From Polyangia bacterium (GTDB taxonomy: Bacteria > Myxococcota_A > Polyangia > Palsa-1104 > JAEUJZ01): 64,000 nt of DNA. Position numbers and translations under genes: made by a program. The DNA is taken from positions 813-64,812 of the forward strand of contig JBGANQ010000054.1 in assembly GCA_044222245.1 (NCBI GenBank), given 5' to 3'. Positions 30,102 to 36,536 of the stretch are shown here, in pieces (within the stretch, counting starts at the first letter, position 1; every line of letters starts with the position of its first letter). The notes beneath the pieces were generated by a model, which saw nothing but the letters and a program-made list of their open reading frames with translations, did no database searches and was not told the origin of the DNA.

Positions 30102-31217
30102 ATGGACTTCCGCCGCTTCCTCAACAGCCCCGGGGCCGGCTCGCCCACCACTGCCGACGGCGGCGCGGGGAGCGATGAGCAGGTGCTGCCGTACTTCGGC
30201 GGGCCCTATGTCGACTCGCGCGAGCGGCGGCTGCGGCTGCGCCTGGACGGCGGCGAAAGGCCGCGGCCGGGCTTTTACCGCTTCGCGGTGGGCGGCCGCA
30301 GCGCGACCCTGCGCGGGCCGGCCGAGGCTCCGCCGCTAGAGGACCTCAAGGCGGTGCGCGGCCACCTGCTCGGGGCGCGGCTGGTCCTGCCAAGCGGCGC
30401 CGTCGAGCCGCTGTTCTGCCTGCCCGAGGAGGTCCCGCCGCGCTTCGCCCCGATCCTCGCCCGGCGGTGGCCGACCGGCGAGCTGCTCTACGACCAGCTC
30501 GAGTTCGAAGGGGACGCCGAAGAGGCGGTGCGGCGGGCCTTGCAGGATGAGCAGCCGCTCGCCGCGCTCAAGGCGGTGCCGGCCTCGCTGCGCGCCGCGT
30601 TTGCCTATACCGTGGGCGAGCGCGCGGCGCAGCGCCTGGCGGTGCCGGTGAGTCCGCTGGAGCTATTGCCCGCCATTGCCGCCATCGCCGAGCGCGGCGT
30701 CCCCGCCGCTACCGAGGCGCTGCTGGCCCTTCAGGAGGAGCGCCGCGCCTACGCGCGCAGCCGCGAGCAAGAGCTGCTGGCCGCCACCGCCGCGGCGCAG
30801 GCGGCGGCGCGCGAGCAGCAGCGCGCGCAGGCGGCGGCGGCGCGCCTCCCCGAGCACGGCCGCGCCGCGCGCCCCGGCCGCGTGCCGCCCGACCGCGGTC
30901 GCCCCGCCCCGCTGGCCGCCGAAGAGCGCGCCGAGCACGCCCTGCACGCCGCCGGGGCCACGCTCCTTGATACGCGGTCGCTCGGCCGCGATCAGCTGGA
31001 GGTGATCTATCGGTTCCACGGCCAGCGCTTCATCTCGATCGTCCAGGCCTCGACGCTGCAGGTGATCGACGCCGGGGTCTGCCTGGCCGGCGCCGACAGC
31101 CTGGTCACGCTGGAGAGCCTGCCCTCGGTGCTCAAGGAGGCGATCGAGACCCGGCGCCTGGTCATCACCCGCCGCGCACCCGGCGACGCTGACTACTATG
31201 AGGATTTCGATGACTGA
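30102..31217 (+). CDS. Hypothetical 371-aa protein (possible E2-like C-terminal domain)
   Basis: It starts 5 nt after the upstream stop. It has an N-domain, an Ala/Gln/Arg coiled-coil linker, and a C-domain reading LEVIYRFHGQRFISIVQASTLQVIDAGVCLAGADSLVTLESLPSVLKEAI. Confidence 0.7.
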   Translation: MDFRRFLNSPGAGSPTTADGGAGSDEQVLPYFGGPYVDSRERRLRLRLDGGERPRPGFYRFAVGGRSATLRGPAEAPPLEDLKAVRGHLLGARLVLPSGAVEPLFCLPEEVPPRFAPILARRWPTGELLYDQLEFEGDAEEAVRRALQDEQPLAALKAVPASLRAAFAYTVGERAAQRLAVPVSPLELLPAIAAIAERGVPAATEALLALQEERRAYARSREQELLAATAAAQAAAREQQRAQAAAARLPEHGRAARPGRVPPDRGRPAPLAAEERAEHALHAAGATLLDTRSLGRDQLEVIYRFHGQRFISIVQASTLQVIDAGVCLAGADSLVTLESLPSVLKEAIETRRLVITRRAPGDADYYEDFDD

Positions 31218-31704
31218 GAGAGCCGAGCGACCCGGCGGCGGTGCGCTGCGCGAGGTGTGCCTGCTTATCGGCCGCGGCGACGTCATCCTGTGGTCGGATG
31301 CGTCGGCAAGTCCGGTGTGGCTGCCCGACTCGCGCGCCCGCTGGGAGGCAATCTGGCACCACCGCGCCGAGCTGACCGAGATCGTCCACAGTCACCCGGT
31401 GGGCCCGCTCGCCTTCTCGGCCGAGGATGAGACGACGATGGCGGCGCTAGGCGCGGCGCTCGGCGCCGGCCTGGGGTTTGCGGTGGTCGCCCCCGGCGGC
31501 ATGATCCGGCGCCGCTACCCGCCGCGCGCTGGCGATGGGCTCGCGGCGCCGGCGCTTGACACCCAGCTTTTGCCGGCGGCCGAGCCGTGGTGGGCGGCCC
31601 TTTTGCGCCTGGCCTCGGGCATGCGCCCGGAGCCCGAGCCGCCAGACGCGGACCTTGAAGCTGCCTCAGAGCTGCCTGCTTCGCCCCCAAAGACGGAGGA
31701 CTAG
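31210..31704 (+). CDS. JAMM/MPN+ (JAB) metallopeptidase
   Basis: An upstream Glu (ALREV) plus HSHPVGPLAFSAED fit E...HxHx7Sx2D exactly. The ATG at 31210 overlaps the upstream stop by 8 nt. An alternative ATG is at 31198. Confidence 0.8.
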   Translation: MTERAERPGGGALREVCLLIGRGDVILWSDASASPVWLPDSRARWEAIWHHRAELTEIVHSHPVGPLAFSAEDETTMAALGAALGAGLGFAVVAPGGMIRRRYPPRAGDGLAAPALDTQLLPAAEPWWAALLRLASGMRPEPEPPDADLEAASELPASPPKTED

Positions 31705-31845
31705 ATGGCGACGTTGAACATCACCTACAAGTGCTGGCCGGCCCAGACTGAAGGAAGATCACGCCCTTGCGCCGCGGTGCTGCCCGCGCTCCCGCCCGCG
31801 CCGCGGCGCCGCCGACGGGCCCGGGCCGCGCGGCGGTGGATATAG
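31705..31845 (+). pseudogene. 5' stub of the Ubl-like gene, cut by IE-1
   Basis: The ATG immediately follows the JAB stop (TAGATG). MATLNITYK uses normal codons. After 31730 the reading turns into rare-codon and Arg-rich junk, with a stop at 31843-45. Not in the ORF track because it is under 60 aa. Confidence 0.6.
31714..31730 (+). repeat. Direct repeat (att core) of IE-1, left copy
   Basis: TTGaaCATCACCTACAA here versus TTGtcCATCACCTACAA at 34632-34648, which is 15/17 identity including 12 contiguous bases. Both copies are in the same reading frame (L-x-I-T-Y-K/N). Confidence 0.6.
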
Positions 31846-31891
31846 GGAGGATACGACGGGCGTGTTACGATAGCGGCGGGGGGCTCGGGTC

Positions 31892-33001
31892 ATGGGCGAC
31901 CTGGTACGACGGGGGACGAGCTTTTATGTTCGCTATCGCGACGTCGATGGCGTGCGGCGCATGCGCGCCTCGCACCAGCCGACTCGCGAGCTGGCGCGGC
32001 GCTTCCTGGTCGAGATCGAGGCGCGGATCGCCCGCGGCAAGATCGGCATCCCCGAGCCGGCGGCGCCCGCGCCTACGGTGGCCGAGCTGGTCGGCCGCTT
32101 CCTGGCCGAGTATCGCCAGCCGCGGATCAAGGATCTGCAGAAGTATCGCCGGTTTGCCACCAGCAACCTGCGACGGGCGCTGCCGCTGTTGGGCGCGCTG
32201 CGAGCCGACGCCGTAACCGCCGCCGACCTCGATCGCCTGCGCGACCAGCTGGCGCGCCGCTGCGCCCCCGGCTCGGCCGGGCTGACCTTCACGTTCCTCA
32301 AGACCGCCTTCGCGTGGGCGGCGCGCGGCGGCCTGATCGCCCGCAACCCGCTTTACCGGGTGCCGCTGCCGCCGCCGCGCGAGCCCGACATCGAGTACCT
32401 GAGCGCCGACGAGGTGACGGCGCTGCTCGCCGCCGCCGATCGGCGGGCAGCAGCCGGTGGGGTGGCCGAGCGCCTGCTGCGCGGGGCGGTGTACCTGGCG
32501 CTGCACGCCGGCCTGCGCAAGGGCGAGCTGTTCGGGCTGCGCTGGCGCGACCTCGACCTGGAGTCGCGGCGCCTGACGGTGCGTAGCAGCTTCGCCACCA
32601 CCCCCAAGGGCGGCCGGGCCCGTCACCTGCGCATCCCCGCCGTCGTCGTCCCGGTGCTGCTAGAGCTCTGCGGAAAGTGTCCGCAGACGCCGCAGGGGCT
32701 GGTGTTTCCCCGCCGCCACCGCGGCCAGTGGGGGATGTGCGCGACGACCGGCGCGATGCTCGGGCTGCCGGCGCTGCTCGCCGCCGCCGGCTGCCGGCCC
32801 GTGGGCCGCTGCTGGCACGCGCTGCGCCACACCTTCGCGTCGCACTACATCATGCAGGGCGGGAACATCCTGGCGCTGCAGAAGATCCTCGGGCACAGCG
32901 ATCTCCGCATGACCACCATCTACGCCCACCTCGCCCCGGACTTTCTCGGGGCGGAGATGGATCGCCTCAGGTTTCCGCCGCCGGACAAGCTGCCGATCTA
33001 G
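31892..33001 (+). CDS. Tyrosine recombinase/integrase (IE-1)
   Basis: ALHAGLRKGELFGLRW (catalytic R), WHALRHTFASH (HxxR) and LGHSDLRMTTIYAHL (Y). It is a clear paralogue of the integrase at 42040-43146; both begin MGDLVR. Confidence 0.9.
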   Translation: MGDLVRRGTSFYVRYRDVDGVRRMRASHQPTRELARRFLVEIEARIARGKIGIPEPAAPAPTVAELVGRFLAEYRQPRIKDLQKYRRFATSNLRRALPLLGALRADAVTAADLDRLRDQLARRCAPGSAGLTFTFLKTAFAWAARGGLIARNPLYRVPLPPPREPDIEYLSADEVTALLAAADRRAAAGGVAERLLRGAVYLALHAGLRKGELFGLRWRDLDLESRRLTVRSSFATTPKGGRARHLRIPAVVVPVLLELCGKCPQTPQGLVFPRRHRGQWGMCATTGAMLGLPALLAAAGCRPVGRCWHALRHTFASHYIMQGGNILALQKILGHSDLRMTTIYAHLAPDFLGAEMDRLRFPPPDKLPI

Positions 33002-33019
33002 CCGCCGGCGCGCCCGCCG

Positions 33020-33784
33020 CTAGAACCGCCCGCCGACCAGGACGCCGCTGCCGCCGCTCAGGGTGAGGGGGCTTATCGTCAGGCTGTTCTTGGCGTAGAT
33101 CGCCACCCGGGTGTGGGTGGCGGCGCCGACGATCATGAGCGCCAGCCCGCTGGCCTGGACCAGGCCGTCGATCGCGAGCATGGTGCCGCCGAGCTGGCTG
33201 CCGCTGCCCGACAGGTAGCCGAGCTCGAGCCAGGGCCCGATGAGCGGGATGTACAGCGGCCACAGCGCCGAGGCGGTGCCAAACGACGGCCCCGAAGCGG
33301 TGATCGAGTTGCGGACCGGCATGCCGTTTTTGTAGTACAGCGAGTCGGCATAGCTGGCGGTGAGCAGCGCCGTGAGCGACCACGACAGGCCAAGCACGGC
33401 GGCGCCGGCGATGATAAGCCGAGTGCGCGGCCGGGTGACGTAGCGCACCGCGGCGGGCCGGGCCGGGATGAGCGTCGGCTGCGTCCCGAGGTAGGGCTGC
33501 GCCGGATAGTAGGGCTGCGCCGGATAGTAGGGCTGCGCCGGATAGTAGGGCTGACCCGGGTAGCTCGGGGCCGGGTAGCTCGGGGTCGGGTAGTAGGGCT
33601 GGGCCGACTCGGGCGGCGGTGGGTATGCCGGCCCTGCTGGCGGCTGCGCCGGCTCGGTCGGCGGCGACGGCGCGGACTGGGTTACGTACGTGCCGGAGTC
33701 CTGCTGCGCCTCGGCGGAGCTGCAGAGGCTCACTCCCAATCCGACCAGCGTCAGGCTGACTACGATGGCTTTTCGCGCTTGCAT
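33020..33784 (-). CDS. Secreted/membrane protein with a Pro/Tyr-rich repeat region
   Basis: Signal peptide, (PYYPAQ)x3-4 encoded by an 18-bp tandem repeat (~33492-33550), and hydrophobic C-terminal segments. Confidence 0.65.
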   Translation of the reverse strand: MQARKAIVVSLTLVGLGVSLCSSAEAQQDSGTYVTQSAPSPPTEPAQPPAGPAYPPPPESAQPYYPTPSYPAPSYPGQPYYPAQPYYPAQPYYPAQPYLGTQPTLIPARPAAVRYVTRPRTRLIIAGAAVLGLSWSLTALLTASYADSLYYKNGMPVRNSITASGPSFGTASALWPLYIPLIGPWLELGYLSGSGSQLGGTMLAIDGLVQASGLALMIVGAATHTRVAIYAKNSLTISPLTLSGGSGVLVGGRF

Positions 33785-33957
33785 GGGGGGTCCTTGGTGG
33801 AAGTTTAAGGCGGCGCGCTGCGCAGTTTCAGTTTATTTATCGGCCGGCGCGCGATCCAGTGCTTGCCTTTTGTCCGCAAAGTGCAGATTGCTCCGGTGGC
33901 GGCGCGAGCAAAAACTTATAACCGCTGACAACTCAATCAAGTTATGAGCACTGCACC

Positions 33958-34479
33958 ATGACCTTTACCCTCCATGATACCGCCTACCGCACCGATACCC
34001 GGGAAGCCAAGGAGGCCATGTATGCCGACCTGCGCACGCAGCTGCAGGGCCTGCTGCACGGCGAGAGCGACTGGATCGCCAACACCGCCAACTTCAGCTC
34101 CTTGGTCTTTCACAGCGTCCCCGGGCTGAACTGGGCTGGCTTTTATTTCTTGAAGACCGCGGACGAGCTGGTGCTCGGCCCCTTCCAGGGCAAGCCGGCC
34201 TGCATCCGCATCCAGAAGGGCCGCGGCGTCTGCGGCTCGACCGTGGTAAAGCGAGCGCCGATCGTCGTGCCCGACGTGCACGCCTTCCCCGGTCACATCG
34301 CCTGCGACTCCAGCTCGCGCTCGGAGCTGGTGGTGCCCATATTCGCCCGCGGCGAGGTCGTCGGGGTGTTCGATCTGGACAGCCCGCTGCTGGGGCGGTT
34401 TGATGACACCGACGCGCAGGGGGTCCAGTCGCTCGTGCAGCTGCTGGAGCAGACGCTGACGGCGCCGACCAGCCCGTAG
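33958..34479 (+). CDS. msrC: GAF-domain free methionine-(R)-sulfoxide reductase
   Basis: NWAGFYF...LVLGPFQGKPACIRIQKGRGVCG...VPDVHAFPGHIACDSSSRSELVVPI matches the YebR/fRMsr family pattern. Confidence 0.8.
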   Translation: MTFTLHDTAYRTDTREAKEAMYADLRTQLQGLLHGESDWIANTANFSSLVFHSVPGLNWAGFYFLKTADELVLGPFQGKPACIRIQKGRGVCGSTVVKRAPIVVPDVHAFPGHIACDSSSRSELVVPIFARGEVVGVFDLDSPLLGRFDDTDAQGVQSLVQLLEQTLTAPTSP

Positions 34480-34518
34480 TCCGATGACCGTGAGGCTGCA
34501 TCCAGCAGCTTGGTCTAG

Positions 34519-34585
34519 CGATACTAGGAACGATATTAAGAACGATACTAAGAACGATACTAAGAGGGATACAAGATGGATACGG
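34519..34585. repeat. Five and a half tandem 12-bp AT-rich units (CGATACTAAGAA type)
   Basis: cgatactaggaa / cgatattaagaa / cgatactaagaa / cgatactaagag / ggatacaagatg / gatacgg. They lie 47-113 bp inside the right repeat of IE-1. Confidence 0.85.
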
Positions 34586-34631
34586 CGCGGCCGAGACTCG
34601 CGGCGCAGCGACGCGCTGCGCCGGCCAGCGC

Positions 34632-34648
34632 TTGTCCATCACCTACAA
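34632..34648 (+). repeat. Direct repeat (att core) of IE-1, right copy
   Basis: TTGtcCATCACCTACAA; see 31714-31730. Confidence 0.6.
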
Positions 34649-34913
34649 CGGCACCTCGGCCGACTACCCGCAGCCTATAGATGGCGAGCTCTCGGATCGC
34701 GAGCTGCGTCGCATCGGGGAGGAGCTTGTGCGCTCCGGCGACCTGCCCGGCCTGTGGCTCAAGGATCTGCCGCACCGGGTCTTTGAGCAGTTCGTGGTCG
34801 ATCGCATCCACTCGCCCAAGGGCGGCCTGCGGATCTACCTGCGGCCCAAGGTCCCGTTCGGGAACGGACCCGCGCGAGGGTCGTGGCGAGCGCCGCGGCC
34901 CCAGGGGCGCTAG
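34632..34913 (+). CDS. Small Ubl-like (beta-grasp candidate) protein, 3' part of the gene split by IE-1
   Basis: A TTG-initiated ORF. (L)SITYNGTSADYPQP...GGLRIYLRPKVPFG is followed by a 16-aa Arg/Pro tail. The stop is 3 nt before the E1-like ATG. Confidence 0.6.
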   Translation: MSITYNGTSADYPQPIDGELSDRELRRIGEELVRSGDLPGLWLKDLPHRVFEQFVVDRIHSPKGGLRIYLRPKVPFGNGPARGSWRAPRPQGR

Positions 34914-34916
34914 GCG

Positions 34917-35489
34917 ATGCGGCTCCTGTTCTGCGGGGTGGGGGCGCTCGGCTCGACCGCGGTCGTGTTGTGCCGCAGCCTGGGCGTCGAGCTGGCGCTT
35001 TGCGACTGCGACCGCGTGGAGACCAAGAACCTGCACGCCCAGGCGTTCGTCAAGCAGTCGCTGGGCAAGAACAAGGCCGAGGCGCTGAAGCTGCAGCTCG
35101 GGAACTTCTATGGCCTGAAGTGCGAGGCGTTCGGCGTGCGGCTGACCGCGACCAATGTGGACGCGCTGGCCCAGGGGGCGGACCTGCTCATCGACTGCTT
35201 TGACAACCAGGCGAGCCGCCAGCTGCTGGCCGACTACGCCCGCCGCACCGGCAAGCCGCTAGTGCACGCGGCGATGGCGGCCGATGGGCAGTTTGGCCTG
35301 GTGCGGTGGGACGAGCGCTTTGTCGCCGATGCCGAGGACCACGCCGGTCAGGCCACCTGCGAGGGAGGGGCGCACCTGCCGTTTATCGGGCTGCTCGCCG
35401 CGACCCTGGCGCGCGTCATTCAGGACTTTGTCCTGCACGGCCAGCGGCACGACTGCATGGTCGCGCTGCGCTCGGTGACCAGCCAGTAG
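34917..35489 (+). CDS. Minimal E1/ThiF/MoeB-like adenylation-domain protein (190 aa)
   Basis: LLFCGVGALGSTAVVLCRSLGVE-LALCDCDRVETKNL (Rossmann G-x-G-x-x-G plus D-x-D-x-V-E-x-x-N-L), GKNKAEAL, and LLIDCFDN (Mg-binding Asp). The usual NLxRQ Arg is Ala here (NLHAQ). Confidence 0.75.
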   Translation: MRLLFCGVGALGSTAVVLCRSLGVELALCDCDRVETKNLHAQAFVKQSLGKNKAEALKLQLGNFYGLKCEAFGVRLTATNVDALAQGADLLIDCFDNQASRQLLADYARRTGKPLVHAAMAADGQFGLVRWDERFVADAEDHAGQATCEGGAHLPFIGLLAATLARVIQDFVLHGQRHDCMVALRSVTSQ

Positions 35490-35549
35490 GCGTCGGGCGG
35501 GCGCGGCACCGGGAGCTGCCAGCGGCGGTGCCCGAGGGCTGGCCGGCGC

Positions 35550-36410
35550 TCAGCCGGTGGGCGGCCGGGGCGGCGGCAGGCCGTCGCGCAGCGGCGGCAG
35601 GCGGCGCCAGGGGACGCGGCGCTGCGGGACGACAGCGGCGTCGCGCAGCGGCGGCAGGGCGTCCCAGCCGCCGGGGCGGGCGACCGACGGGCTCTGCGGC
35701 GGCTCACCCGGGCGCAGCGGCGGCAGCGGTCCCACGCCGCGCGCAGGCCCCTGGGGCAGCTCGGCCGCGGCGGCGCGCAGCGGCGGCAGGACCTGCCACG
35801 ACACCGCGGTCAGCGCCGCCTCCGACACCGGGCGCAGCGGCGGCAGCTTCTGCCACGGCGTAAGCGCGCTGGGCGGTAGCAGCGGCGGCAGCGCTGGACC
35901 GCTGGCGGGGGCGGGCGTCGCGGCCAGCGGCGGCGCCGGCGGCGCGACCAGGCGCAGCGGCGGCAGCGACTCCCACTTGACCGGGACCCGCGGCGGCGGC
36001 AGCGGTGGCCCCGGGCGCAGCGGCGGCAGCGCCGTCCACGCGACCAGGGCGCGCGGCGGCGGCGGCGGGCTCAGCTCGTCACGCAGCGGCGGCAGCAGCG
36101 CCCACTCCGGGTGCGAGCGGGGCTGCGCCCGCACCGTGCCGAGCCAGGACAGCCCGCGCAGCCCGGGCTGGCGCGAGCGGGCCATCTCCGGCAGCAGGTC
36201 GAGCACCCCCTGCGCCGGCGGCTGCGCCGACTCCATGCGAAACAGGAAATCATCCAGCGTCTGCACGGAGAAGTGCCAGCGATCCTGCTCGGGGGCCGGC
36301 AGCTCGCCGCGCGCCAGGGTGCGCAGGACCACGGTCTTGTCGTCATGCGGCAGCCCCGCCAGGTTGCGACGAAACTGCGGGCTGTAGCGGAACCACTGCT
36401 CGACGTTGGA
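35550..36410 (-). pseudogene. 3' fragment of the gene split by IE-2 (W-x-LPPLR repeat C-terminal domain)
   Basis: The frame is open from the att core: SNVEQW-FRYSPQFRRNLAGLPHDDKTVVLRTLARGELP...ESAQ. About 9 LPPLR-type repeats follow. There is no ATG upstream, and the track ORF starts at an internal GTG (36332). Confidence 0.75.
36392..36410. repeat. Direct repeat (att core) of IE-2, left copy
   Basis: ACCACTGCTCGACgTTGGA here versus ACCACTGCTCGACaTTGGA at 43294-43312 (18/19). Both encode S-N-V-E-Q-W on the minus strand. Confidence 0.8.
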
Positions 36411-36536
36411 GCGCGCGGGCGCGCGCAGCGACGGCAGCGCGCCGGGCAGGGTGGGGATGGTGGTCCAGCTGAGGTCCGGGATCCTCCAGCTGGCAGCGAA
36501 GGCCCTTGCGCGCGAGCGGCGCGGCCGGGCTGGCCG

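Larger units (their letters stand above)
31714..34648 (+). mobile_element. IE-1: ~2.9-kb integrase-bearing integrative element inserted in the Ubl-like gene
   Basis: - Flanking 17-bp direct repeats.
- A tyrosine integrase gene starts 162 bp inside the left repeat.
- GATA(C/T)-type short repeats occur at both inner ends (31838-73 and 34519-85).
- Removing the element restores one 96-codon ORF that abuts the JAB stop and precedes the E1-like gene by 3 nt. Confidence 0.6.

Noticed and set aside
34484-34786. 100-aa ORF with DTRNDIKNDTKNDTKRDT repeats
   Set aside because: The peptide repeat is simply the 12-bp DNA array read in frame. Downstream it is out of frame with the better Ubl-like ORF.
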